A stretch of 64,000 nucleotides of DNA from an uncultured Candidatus Rokubacteria bacterium (GCA_963789955.1 CAWBMV010000001.1:352001-416000), one strand, 5' to 3'; positions 1 through 9,627 are shown, counted from the stretch's first letter. Notes: a model not told the origin generated them from the letters alone. Program-made: numbers and translations.

Positions 1-987
1 GGGCGAGGAAATGCTCGGCCAGCGCCGGAATGTCTTCGCGGCGATCGCGCAGCGGCGGCAGCGCGACCTGGATGACGTTCAATCGATAGAAGAGGTCTTC
101 GCGGAAGGTCCCCTGCGCGATGAGCGACGCGAGATCGCCGTGCGTGGCCGCGATCACGCGCACGTCGATCGTGCTCGACTGGGTCGCGCCAAGCCGCCGC
201 ACCTCGCCGCTCTGCAGCGCGCGCAGGAGCTTCACCTGGAGCGCGGCCGGCATCTCGGCGATCTCGTCCAGGAACAGCGTGCCGCCGTCGGCTTCCTCGA
301 AGAGCCCGAGCTTGGAGACCGCGGCGCCGGTGAACGCGCCGCGCATGTAGCCGAAGAGCTCCGACTCGAGCAAGGTCTCGGGCACGGCGCCGCAGTTCAC
401 GGCCACGAACGGCCGCGCCGCGCGCGGGCTCGCGTGGTGGACGGCCTTGGCGATGACCTCCTTGCCGGTGCCGGATTCGCCCTGGATCAGCAACGTCGCG
501 TCCGTCGGCGCCACGCGCTCGACGAGGTCGAGGACGGTGTGCATGGCCGACGACTGCGCGATGAGCCCGGGCAGGCCGTAGCGCTCCCGGAGCTGGGCGC
601 GCAGATTCTCGTTCTCACGGCGGAGCGCGCGCCCGGCCAGCGCCTTGTCGATCCGGTGATAGAGCTCGTCGGGCTCCTGTCCCTTCTCGAAATAGTCGAG
701 CGCGCCGAGGCGGATCGCTTCCTTGGCCGACTTCCACTCGGCGTACGCGGTCAGCAGGATGACCTCGGTTTCCGGCGCGTGGGCCTTGGCCGCTCGCAGC
801 ACGTCGAGGCCATCGCCGTCGGGCATGCGCAGATCGGTCACGACGAGATCGAACACTTCGTCGGAGAGCTTGGCCGTCGCCGACGTGACCCCGTCGGCCT
901 CCACGACGCGGTGCCCCGTTTCCGCAGCAGCAGCGCCAGGGTGCTCCGCGCCGACGGCTCGTCGTCCACGACCAGGAGATGCGCCAT
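1..987 (-). CDS. Sigma-54-dependent response regulator (NtrC/AtoC family, REC + AAA+), runs off window start; frameshift near 915
   Basis: Manual minus-strand translation: [11 protein letters not shown]...[14 protein letters not shown] (receiver), GESGTGKE (Walker A), [35 protein letters not shown]. Confidence 0.93.
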
Positions 988-988
988 C

Positions 989-2327
989 TCAGGTAGCCTC
1001 GACCGGGCAGCTCGACCGGGAACAGGAGCGTCACCCGCGTGCCCCGGCCCAGCTCGGAGTCGATCTCGATGCGGCCCCCGTGCGCGCCCATGATGCGCTC
1101 GGCGATGGTGAGGCCGAGCCCGCTGCCGTTCGGCTTGCCCGTGTAGAACGGCTCGAACACGCGCGAGAGGTTCTCGGCGGAGATCCCGCCGCCGGTATCG
1201 CTGACCGAGAGCGCGACGTCGCCGTTCTGACGATTGACCTCGAGCGAGAGCCGGCCGCGTCCGTTCATCGCTTCGACGGCGTTGAGCGCCACGTTCCAGA
1301 GCACCTGGGTGAGCTGGTCGCGGTCGAACGAAAAGCGCGGGACGGCCGGATCGACCGCCACGCGCACGTCGACGCGCGGTGCGCGCGAGCGATCCTCGCG
1401 GATGAGCGAGCTCACGTGCTGGACGACCTCGCGGATATCGCCGGGCGCGCGCCGCGCCTCCTGAGGCCGCGCGAACTGGAGGAAGTCGGACAGGATGCGG
1501 TTGAGCCGGCGCGCCTCGGTCCGGAGCGCGCCGAGCGTCGACGTGCGCTCGTCGGGGGTGAGTCCCATGTCGTCGGTCAGGAGCGCGGTGGCGTTCAGGA
1601 TGGCCGCGAGGGGATTGCGGATCTCGTGCGCCATGCCGGCGGCGAGCTCGCCCGCCGTGGCCAGGCGCTCGGCTTCTCGCAGGCGCGCGTGGAGCCGCTC
1701 GCTCTCGCTGCGGGCTCGCTCGAGCACCATGATGATCACCGCGAAGGTCGACAGGAAGTAGAGGAGGATGAACACCGCGTGCACCGCGAGGTATCCGGGC
1801 GATCCCGGCACGATGTTCACGAACTGGGTGGCGATGCGATGAACGCCCCAGAGGGTGAGGAATCCGGCCAGGAGCCGCTCACCCCGAAATCCCGTCATGC
1901 GCGTTTGCGCGGGCCAGAAGAGCAAGCCGGCGGCCATCTGCGCCATGCCGAGGGCAATGCCCACGGCGCGCTGAGTCTCGTCGCCGCTGCCCATGTCGCC
2001 GGCGAGGGTCAAGCCGACCGCGGCCGCGGCGCCGATCACGAGGTCGCGTGCGTGCAGTCGATAGCCCCACCGGTGCGCGAACGCGGCCGCGAGGGTCAAG
2101 CCGACCGCGGCGACCGTCGCGAGATCGGTGACGAAGCTCGGATGATCGACGCCCAGCACCAGCACGTCCACGAGCCTGAGACCTTTGGACAAGGTGTAGG
2201 CGCCCCAGGCCAGGAGCAAGTACTGGAAGAAGCGAACCCGGTGCGACTGGTAGAGGTACGCGAAGATGAGCAGCTGAACCGCGAACGCGACCGTCGAGAC
2301 GAACGTCAGGATCAGCGGCGCCGGCAT
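989..2327 (-). CDS. Membrane sensor histidine kinase (about 7 TM N-terminus, HisKA + HATPase); true stop near 990 obscured by an indel
   Basis: AHEIRNPL H-box, NVALNAVEAM, DTGGGI, FEPFYTGK, GSGLGL; GGAGG RBS before GTG/ATG at 2330/2327; hydrophobic N-terminal ~200 aa. Confidence 0.92.
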
Positions 2328-2356
2328 CACAACCTCCAGTTCAGTCTACGCTGTCC

Positions 2357-2372
2357 CGCAAATCGTGTGCCA
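2357..2372 (-). promoter_or_regulatory. Sigma-54 (-24/-12) promoter for the kinase-regulator operon
   Basis: Minus strand TGGCACACGATTTGCG = TGGCAC-N5-TTGC, about 30 nt upstream of the kinase start. Confidence 0.8.
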
Positions 2373-2412
2373 CGCGAGCCCCGCGTCGAATCACGCGAAA
2401 TCGTCGCGCGCA

Positions 2413-2515
2413 CGTTTCACTTCGAAACGACGTTCCACTGCGGAACTCGCGATCGCGCCGTCGGTGCGCGACCGAGCATTGATTCACGGTGAACCCGGCG
2501 TTTCGCCTTGGAACC
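2413..2515. promoter_or_regulatory. Three palindromic enhancer-like sites GTTYC-N5-GRAAC
   Basis: CGTTTCACTTCGAAACG (2413-2429), CGTTCCACTGCGGAACT (2431-2447), CGTTTCGCCTTGGAACC (2499-2515), between two divergent sigma-54 promoters. Confidence 0.65.
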
Positions 2516-2568
2516 ATCGCGCGCGCTCGCCGGGCGAGTGTTCTCAATGATTTCAGGAAGTTCACGTC

Positions 2569-2584
2569 TGGCACGTCCTCTGCT
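2569..2584 (+). promoter_or_regulatory. Sigma-54 promoter for the repeat-peptide gene
   Basis: TGGCACGTCCTCTGCT, GG-N10-GC spacing correct, 46 nt before the ATG at 2631. Confidence 0.75.
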
Positions 2585-2630
2585 TTAACGCGTTGCGGCT
2601 CGCACAAAACGATTGAGGGAGGACGAAGAC

Positions 2631-2863
2631 ATGAAGCGCACAGGCACACTCGCAGTTTTCCTGGCGGCATCACTCGCGCTGCTCGCTGGTGTCGCGAGCG
2701 CATCGCTCCGGCGGCGGAGGACATCCAGGCGCCGCGATCGTCCAACCAGGACATTCAGGCTCCGCGTGCCGGCAACGAGGATCTCCAGGCGCCGCGCTCG
2801 GACAATCAGGACATCCAGGCGCCGCGCATCGAGAGCGAAGACGTTCAGGCGCCGCGCGGCTGA
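2631..2863 (+). CDS. Small secreted protein (~77 aa) with signal peptide and five 10-aa QAPR repeats; one-base frameshift near 2700
   Basis: GGGAGG RBS; MKRTGTLAVFLAASLALLAGVAS signal-like N-terminus, then IAPAAEDIQAPRSSNQDIQAPRAGNEDLQAPRSDNQDIQAPRIESEDVQAPRG*; repeat variation is synonymous or conservative in this frame. Confidence 0.75.
2717..2857 (+). repeat. Five tandem 30-bp coding repeats
   Basis: Core (G/C)A(G/A)GA(C/T)NT(C/T)CAGGCNCCGCG starts at 2717, 2747, 2777, 2807, 2837. Confidence 0.95.
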
Positions 2864-2938
2864 TGGTCGAGTCGGGCGAGCGAGGTTGAGCCTCGCTCGC
2901 TCGGCACACCTCTCGCGAGATGATGGATGGCGCAGCGT

Positions 2939-3124
2939 ATGGCGTGGATGGATTCGAACGACTATTTCCTGATCGTGGAGACTGCCAGAGATCGGATCGA
3001 GAGCCTCCTCTCGTCGACCGAGATCGCGATGGAGACGGCGGCGACGTCTGACGGCCGCCGCCCGACCGAGCCCGCGCACGTTTGTGACGTGCCGGGCTGC
3101 GCGCTCGTGCATCTGCCGGTGTAG
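2939..3124 (+). CDS. Hypothetical small protein (~61 aa, C-terminal HVCDVPGC)
   Basis: ORF with non-shadow composition (MAWMDSNDYFLIVETARDRIESLL); no recognised family; weak RBS. Confidence 0.4.
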   Translation: MAWMDSNDYFLIVETARDRIESLLSSTEIAMETAATSDGRRPTEPAHVCDVPGCALVHLPV

Positions 3125-3323
3125 TCCGCGACAGCGGCGAGCGGGCTCGTCCCGCCTGACCAGAGCCCCGCCCATTTTTGTGACGTGCCGGGCCCGGCGC
3201 TCGGCCACTTGCCTGTTTGGTTGGCACGTCGTCGCGCGAAGAGCCAGCGCGGCTCAGCGGGCCGCCGGACGGATCGTCATTCCTGGCCGGACTTAGCGCC
3301 AAACGCCCCCGGGTGCGGCTCGT

Positions 3324-3339
3324 TGGCACGCGCCGTGCT
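3324..3339 (+). promoter_or_regulatory. Sigma-54 promoter
   Basis: TGGCACGCGCCGTGCT with correct GG-N10-GC spacing, 41 nt before the ATG at 3381. Confidence 0.7.
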
Positions 3340-3380
3340 CGCATGGGGCGCGTCGAACGAAGCCCGGGCAGGAGGCAACG

Positions 3381-3563
3381 ATGGATTGGTGGCGCGAGCT
3401 CGATGACGAAATCGTAAACTGCCTCGTCGGTCATGAATCGTTGACACCCGACGAGCTGAGCCAGAAGGTCGGCATGTCGACCGAAGCGGTGACCTCATTG
3501 CTCGGACGACTCGCGCAGGAAGGGAGAATCACCATCCTGCGAGTCGCGAGGACGTCCGGCTAG
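3381..3563 (+). CDS. Small winged-helix-like protein (60 aa)
   Basis: GGAGG RBS; LTPDELSQKVGMSTEAVTSLLGRLAQEGRI has an HTH/wHTH pattern. Confidence 0.7.
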   Translation: MDWWRELDDEIVNCLVGHESLTPDELSQKVGMSTEAVTSLLGRLAQEGRITILRVARTSG

Positions 3564-3575
3564 CACGGAGACAAA

Positions 3576-3704
3576 ATTCCTCGCGGTGTCGTCGAGCTCG
3601 CAGGTCGCGGTCGCATCTCCTACCTGACAGAGGGCAGCGGCGCGCGGGCCGCGCTCCTGATCCACGGCTCGGGCATGAGCGCGCGCTCATGGGTGAACCA
3701 GCTG
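3576..3704 (+). pseudogene. N-terminal remnant of an alpha/beta hydrolase fused in frame to an RND fragment
   Basis: GRISYLTEGSGARAALLIHGSGMSARSWVNQL matches the start of alpha/beta hydrolases; GGAG followed by ATT instead of ATG. Confidence 0.6.
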
Positions 3705-4923
3705 CCCCGCGAGTACCCGGGTGTCACGTTCTTCTTCCAGCCGGCGGACATCGTGAGCCAGATCCTGAACTTCGGGCTGCCGGCGCCGATCGACGTGCAG
3801 GTGATCGGATTCAATCAGCAGGCGACGCACGAGATCGCGCTCGAGGCCGCCGCCCGCATCTCGCGCATTCCGGGCGCGGCCGACGTGCACCTGCACCAGG
3901 TGGTCAACGCGCCGTCGCTTCAAGTCAACGTCGACCGGTCGCGGCTGGCCGAGCTCGGCCTGACCCAGCGCGACGTGGCCAACAACGTCCTGGTCACCTT
4001 GAGCTCGAGCGCGGTCGTGGCGCCGAACTACTGGTCGGATCCGCGGAGCGGCATCAACTATATCGTTGCGGTGCAGACGCCGCAGAGCCGCGTCGATTCC
4101 GTCAACAGCTTGATGAGCACCTCGGTGACGCCGGTGACCGCGGGGCCGCCGCAGCTCTTGAGCAATCTGGCGACGCTCGGAGCGCCGAGAAGTGCCGGCC
4201 GTCATCAGCCACTCGAACGTGCAGCCGGTGTTCGACGTGTACGCCAACGTGCAGGATCGCGACCTCGGCAGCGTCGCCTCCGCCGTCCAGCGGATCATCG
4301 CCGACCTCCGGCCCAAGCTGCCGCCGGGCCACACGATCGCGCTGCGCGGCCAGGTGCAGAGCATGAACTCGGCGTTTCTCCGGCTGGGGTTCGGCCTGAT
4401 CTTCGCGGTGCTGCTGGTCTATCTGCTCATGGTGGTGAACTTCCAGTCGTGGCTCGACCCGTTCATCATCATCACCGCGCTGCCGGCCGGGTTCTGCGGC
4501 ATCGTGTGGATGCTCTTCATCACGCACACCACGTTCAGCGTGCCCGCCCTGATGGGCGCCATCATGAGCGTCGGCGTCGCCACCGCGAACAGCATCCTGA
4601 TGGTGACCTTCGCGAACGATCAGATGCTCGAGGGCCACGACTCGCGCAGCGCCGCGCTCGCGGCCGGCGCGACGCGGCTGCGTCCGGTCATGATGACCGC
4701 GCTGGCCATGATCATCGGCATGCTGCCGATGTCACTCGGTCTCGGCGAGGGCGGCGAGCAGAACGCGCCGCTCGGGCGCGCGGTGATCGGCGGTCTGTCG
4801 GTGGCGACCTTCGCCACGCTCTTCCTGGTGCCCCTGGTCTACAGCGTCCTGCGGCGCCGTCCGCCGAAGCGGGACTTTCTGGCCGATGACGAGCCTCACG
4901 GCTCGCCCGTACCTCAGGAGTGA
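3705..4923 (+). pseudogene. C-terminal ~400 aa of an AcrB/AcrD/AcrF-family RND permease (N-terminal part missing; frameshift near 4180)
   Basis: QPADIVSQILNFGLPAPIDVQV, LLMVVNFQSWLDPFIII, GVATANSILMV, TRLRPVMMTALAMIIGMLPMSLGLGEGGEQNAPLGRAVIGG. Confidence 0.85.
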
Positions 4924-4926
4924 ACG

Positions 4927-6237
4927 ATGCCCAAGTCACGAACGACGTGGAGTCTGCTCATCGGGATCGTGCTGGCGGTGATCCTGCTCGGGATCGGCGT
5001 GTTGCCGCGACTGCGCCAGAACGCGGAGCTCGTCGCGGCGTCGACCGCGCCCGACGCGGGGCTCGTCCAGGTGAGCGTGGCGCCGCCGAAGCGGTCGGAC
5101 GGTCCGATCGACCTCGTACTGCCGAGCAACATTCAGGCGATCGAGGAGGCGACCATCTACGCCCGCACCAACGGCTACGTCCGCGAGCGCTACGTCGATA
5201 TCGGCGCTCCGGTCACGGCCGGCAAGGTGCTGGCCCAGATCGACACGCCCGAGCTCGACCAGGAGCTCAGCCAGGCCCGCGCCGCGCTGGCGCAGACGCG
5301 GTCGGCGCTCGCGCAGGCCCGGGCGAGCTACACCCAGGCGCAGGCGAACCTCAGCCAGTCGCGCGCCGGCCTCGAGCAGTCGAAGGCAAACGAGAGCTTC
5401 GCCAAGGTCACCGCCGAACGCTTCGGGAAGCTGGAGCGCGACGAGCTCGTCGCTCATCAAGACGCCGACGAGAAGAGAACGGCGCTGGCCGCGGCGAGCG
5501 CGACCACGGCGGTGTCCCAGGCCAACGTCGCCGCGATGGAGGCCAACCTCGGCGCGCTGGAAGCGAGCGTCGAGGCGGCGCGCGCGACCGTGGCGGCGAG
5601 CGAGGCCAACGTGCAGCGGCTGCTGGCGCTCCAGTCTTTCCAGAAGGTCGAGGCGCCGTTCGCCGGGATCATCACCGCGCGCGGCATCGACCGCGGGGCC
5701 TTGATCACCTCGGGTAGCGGGAACGGCGCGACGTGGATGTTCCGCATCGCCCACGTCGAAAATCTGCGAATTTTCGTCAACGTGCCCCAGACGTTCGTGC
5801 GCTCGATCACGCCGGGCCAGGAGGCGCAGGTGCTGGTCCCCGAGTTTCCGACCCGGCCGTTCGTCGGCAAGATCGCGAGCACCGCCGGTGCTCTCGATCC
5901 GACCTCGCGCACCTTGCTGACGGAAGTGCGTTTGAAGAACGACGATCACGCGCTGATGCCCGGGATGTACGCCCAGGTGAAGTTCAGCCTGGTGCCGGCG
6001 GACACCGTATGGGTGATTCCGGCGACGACGGTGATCGCGCGCTCGGCCGGGCCTCAGGTGGTCGACGTGCGCCGCGACGGCACCGTGCACTATCTCGGTG
6101 TGCAGCTCGGGCGCGACTTCGGGCAAACGGTGGAAGTGGTCGGGGGGCTCAGCGGAAGCGAGCGGCTCGTCCTGAGCCCGCCGGACGGGCTGAAGGAAGG
6201 CATGCGCGTCGTGGCCGAGGACACCAAGCGGAATTAG
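4927..6237 (+). CDS. RND efflux periplasmic adaptor (membrane fusion protein)
   Basis: N-terminal TM anchor, IYARTNGYV...VDIG, coiled-coil hairpin, APFAGIITAR, LDPTSRTL, LMPGMYAQV. Confidence 0.92.
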   Translation: MPKSRTTWSLLIGIVLAVILLGIGVLPRLRQNAELVAASTAPDAGLVQVSVAPPKRSDGPIDLVLPSNIQAIEEATIYARTNGYVRERYVDIGAPVTAGKVLAQIDTPELDQELSQARAALAQTRSALAQARASYTQAQANLSQSRAGLEQSKANESFAKVTAERFGKLERDELVAHQDADEKRTALAAASATTAVSQANVAAMEANLGALEASVEAARATVAASEANVQRLLALQSFQKVEAPFAGIITARGIDRGALITSGSGNGATWMFRIAHVENLRIFVNVPQTFVRSITPGQEAQVLVPEFPTRPFVGKIASTAGALDPTSRTLLTEVRLKNDDHALMPGMYAQVKFSLVPADTVWVIPATTVIARSAGPQVVDVRRDGTVHYLGVQLGRDFGQTVEVVGGLSGSERLVLSPPDGLKEGMRVVAEDTKRN

Positions 6238-6269
6238 TAGTAATCTTCCGCCCGGGAGAGCGCCTGGGC

Positions 6270-7669
6270 GTGAGTGCACCGCGCACCATGTTCGAGAAGA
6301 TCTGGGCCCGGCACGTGGTTGCCGAGGGCCCGGGCGGTCACGCGCTCCTCTATATAGACCGCCATCTGCTGCACGAAGGCACGACCGCCGCGTTCGGCCG
6401 GCTCGCCCGCAGCGGCCGGCGGGTCCGGCGCCCCGATCTGAGCTTCGCGACCGCCGATCACTATCTGTTGACCTCGCCGGGCACGCCCACGAGCGATCGC
6501 CGAGACGCGCGAGATGGTCGAGGCGCTCGGCCGTCACACCGCCGATCAGCGCATCCTCTACTTCGGGGTCGATGACCCTCGCCGCGGCATCGTGCACGTG
6601 ATCGGCCCGGAGCAGGGGCTGACGGTGCCCGGCATCACGCTCGTGTGCGGCGATTCGCACACGGCGACCCATGGCGCGTTCGGCGCGCTGGCGTTCGGGA
6701 TCGGCTCGAGCGAGGTCGAGCACGTGCTGGCCACGCAGACCTTGTGGCAGAAGAAACCGCAGACGATGCGGATCTCGGTCGAGGGCCGGCTGGCCCAGGG
6801 CGTCAACGCGAAGGACGTGATCCTGGCGATCATCGCCAAGATCGGCGCCGGCGGCGGCGTGCGGCACGCGATCGAGTACGCCGGCTCGACGATCCGGGAT
6901 ATGTCGATGGACGAGCGGATGACCGTGTGCAACATGTCGATCGAAGCGGGGGCGCGTGCCGGGATGATCGCGCCGGACGACACGACGTTCGCTTACATCC
7001 AGGGCCGGCCGCTGGCCCCGGCCGGTGAAGCGTGGCCGAAGGCGCTCGCGCACTGGAAGGCGCTGCCGAGCGAGCCGGGCGCGGTGTTCGATCGCGAGGT
7101 GCAGCTCGCCGCGAGCGAGATCGCGCCGACCGTCACCTGGGGCACGAGCCCGCAGGACGCGCTGCCCATCACCGCGCGCGTGCCTGATCCCGCCGCGATC
7201 ACCGATCCCGGGCGGCGCGAGAGCATGGCGCGCGCGCTCGCCTACATGGGGCTCAACCCGGGGATGCCGCTCAGCGACGTCACGGTCGAACCGCGTGTTC
7301 ATCGGCTCGTGCACCAACAGTCGGCTGGACGATCTGCGCGCGGCGGCGCGCGTCGCGAAAGGGCGCCGCGCGGTGGTGCCGGCGTGGATCGTGCCGGGCT
7401 CCGGGCTCATCAAGCGCGCGGCCGAGGCCGAAGGGCTCGACCGCGTCTTCCTCGACGCGGGCTTCGAGTGGCGCGAGGCCGGTTGCTCGATGTGCGTCGG
7501 GATGAACGGCGAGACCGCCGCCGCGGGCGAGCGCGTGGCCTCGACGTCGAACCGCAACTTCGAAGGACGCCAGGGCAAGGGGGCCCGGACGCATCTGATG
7601 TCGCCCGCGATGGCGGCGGCCGCCGCCGTCACCGGGAAGCTCACCGACGTGCGGACGCTCGGGGCCTAG
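6270..7669 (+). CDS. leuC: 3-isopropylmalate dehydratase-like large subunit (frameshifts near 6500 and 7290)
   Basis: [74 protein letters not shown]. Confidence 0.9.
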
Positions 7670-7670
7670 G

Positions 7671-8300
7671 ATGGAGCCGTTCACGCGCGTCACCGCGGTG
7701 GGCTTGCCGATCGATCTGCCGAACATCGACACCGATCGCGTCATTCCGGCGCGCTTCCTGCGCAAGGACCGGAGCGTGCCGGAGTACGCGCGCTACCTCT
7801 TTCACGACGTGCGCTTCGACGCCGACGGCGCCGAGCGCCCGGAGTTCATCCTGAACCAGACGCCGTTCCGGGCGGCCCGCATCGTGGTCGCCGCCGAGAA
7901 CTTCGGCTGCGGCTCGTCGCGCGAGGCCGCGGTGTGGGTGCTCGCGGCCAACGGATTTCGCTCGGTGGTCGCGCCGAGCCTGGGCGACATCTTCCATCAG
8001 AACTGCTTCAAGAACGGCCTGCTGCCGGTGATCCTGCCGGCCGAGGCCGTCGCCGGATTGCGGCGCCAGCTCCACGAGCGGCCCGGCGCCACGCTCACGG
8101 TCGATCTCGAGACGCAGACGGTGACGGCGCCCGACGGCGCTCAGCATCGCTTCGAGGTCGACGCGTTTCGCAAGGAGATGCTCCTGACCGGCCGAGACGA
8201 GATCGGACTGACGCTCGGCTTCGAGGCGAAGATCGTCGAGTTCGAGGCGCGCCACGCACGCGAGATGGCCTGGACCGTGCCGCCGCGCCCCGGCAGCTGA
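7671..8300 (+). CDS. leuD: 3-isopropylmalate dehydratase-like small subunit
   Basis: [38 protein letters not shown]. Confidence 0.93.
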   Translation: MEPFTRVTAVGLPIDLPNIDTDRVIPARFLRKDRSVPEYARYLFHDVRFDADGAERPEFILNQTPFRAARIVVAAENFGCGSSREAAVWVLAANGFRSVVAPSLGDIFHQNCFKNGLLPVILPAEAVAGLRRQLHERPGATLTVDLETQTVTAPDGAQHRFEVDAFRKEMLLTGRDEIGLTLGFEAKIVEFEARHAREMAWTVPPRPGS

Positions 8301-8315
8301 TTCCAGGAGGAAGCC

Positions 8316-8780
8316 ATGACCACGCTCAAAGTCGAGTACCCCAAGGACCTGTTGAAGCTCGTGGGTAAAGAGCTCGGCCCCTCGGAGTGGACGACGGTCG
8401 ATCAGGCGATGATCGACAAGTTCGCCGAGGCCACCGGCGACCACCAGTGGATCCATGTCGACGTCGAGCGGGCGAAGCGCGAGATGCCCGGCGGCAAGAC
8501 GATCGCCCACGGGTATCTGACCCTGTCGCTCGTCCCGAGAATGGCCGCCGGCCTGCTCGAAGTCACCAAGCGGAGCCGCGGCATCAACTACGGCTCGAAC
8601 AAGATCCGCTTCATCTCGCCCGTTCAGGCCGGCGCGCGCATCCGTGTCCGCCAGCGCATCACCGGCGCCGAGGAAGTGCCCGGCAACGGCGTGCGCGTGA
8701 GCTCCGAGATGACGGTGGAGATCGAGGGCCAGGAGAAGCCCGCGCTGGTCGGCGAGATCATCGGCGTCCGGTACGCCTGA
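8316..8780 (+). CDS. MaoC-family dehydratase
   Basis: FAEATGDHQWIHVD, TIAHGYLTLSL, NYGSNKIRF; GGAGG RBS. Confidence 0.92.
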   Translation: MTTLKVEYPKDLLKLVGKELGPSEWTTVDQAMIDKFAEATGDHQWIHVDVERAKREMPGGKTIAHGYLTLSLVPRMAAGLLEVTKRSRGINYGSNKIRFISPVQAGARIRVRQRITGAEEVPGNGVRVSSEMTVEIEGQEKPALVGEIIGVRYA

Positions 8781-8781
8781 G

Positions 8782-9627
8782 ATGAAGCTCGTACGCTACG
8801 GCCGACCCGGCGCCGAGCGTCCCGGCGCGATCGACGCGGACGGCAAGCTGCACGATCTGGGACGCGTGATCAAGGACGTGACGCCGGCGGCGCTCGCGCC
8901 GACGTCGCTCAAGAAGCTGCGCGCGGTGAATCTCGCGCGGCTGCCAGTGGTGAAGGGGCGGCCGCGTCTCGGCTGCCCGCTCGCGGGCATGGGCAAGATG
9001 GTCTGCATCGGCCTCAACTACACCGACCACGCGGCCGAGGTGGGGATGGCGCTCCCGAAAGAGCCCACCCTGTTCATCAAGGCGCCGAGCGCGGTCTGCG
9101 GCCCCGACGATCCGATCGTGCGCCCGCGAGGCTCCGTGAAGCTCGACTACGAGGTGGAGCTGGGCGTGGTGATAGGCCGCGACACCCGCTACGTCAGCGA
9201 GGCCGAGGCGCTGCGCTACGTCGCCGGCTACTGCCTGATCAACGACGTCTCCGAGCGCGAGTTCCAGATGGAGCACGGCGGCACGACCACCAAGGGCAAG
9301 AGCGCCGATACGTTCGGTCCGACCGGCCCGTGGCTCGTCACGGCGGACGAGGTCGGCGATCCGCAGGCGCTCTCGGTGTGGACGACGGTCAACGGCGAGA
9401 AGCGGCAGGACGGCAACACCGGCAAGATGATCTTCTCGGTCGCGTCACTGATCGCCTACGTGAGTCGCTTCATGTCGCTCCGAACCGGCGACGTGATTTC
9501 GACGGGTACACCGGCGGGCGTCGGCCATGGCGCGAAGCCGCCGCGGTACCTGCAGCCGGGCGACGTGGTCGAGATGGGCATCACCGGTCTCGGCACCCAG
9601 CGCCACAAGATCGTCGAGTCGAAGTAG
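8782..9627 (+). CDS. Fumarylacetoacetate hydrolase family protein
   Basis: CIGLNYTDH, LDYEVELGVVIG, NDVSER, KGKSADTFGP, GDVISTGTPAGVG. Confidence 0.93.
   Translation: MKLVRYGRPGAERPGAIDADGKLHDLGRVIKDVTPAALAPTSLKKLRAVNLARLPVVKGRPRLGCPLAGMGKMVCIGLNYTDHAAEVGMALPKEPTLFIKAPSAVCGPDDPIVRPRGSVKLDYEVELGVVIGRDTRYVSEAEALRYVAGYCLINDVSEREFQMEHGGTTTKGKSADTFGPTGPWLVTADEVGDPQALSVWTTVNGEKRQDGNTGKMIFSVASLIAYVSRFMSLRTGDVISTGTPAGVGHGAKPPRYLQPGDVVEMGITGLGTQRHKIVESK

Noticed and set aside
615..2330. 571-aa ORF as a kinase with a long C-terminal extension or kinase-regulator fusion
   Set aside because: The tail is an out-of-frame read through the response regulator that starts at 987; most simply an indel near the kinase stop.
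2717..2857. 30-bp periodic repeats as a mini CRISPR array
   Set aside because: Period is too short, variable parts are about 9 nt, changes follow codon positions, and no cas genes are present.
3222..3237. TGGCACGTCGTCGCGC as another sigma-54 promoter
   Set aside because: GC is not at the required GG-N10-GC spacing and a better match lies at 3324.
4936..7644. Long antisense or alternate-frame ORFs (e.g. 4936-7644, 723-2492, 35610-37652, 18765-20408)
   Set aside because: Arg/Ala/Gly-rich shadow ORFs expected in very high-GC DNA opposite well-supported genes; no motifs.
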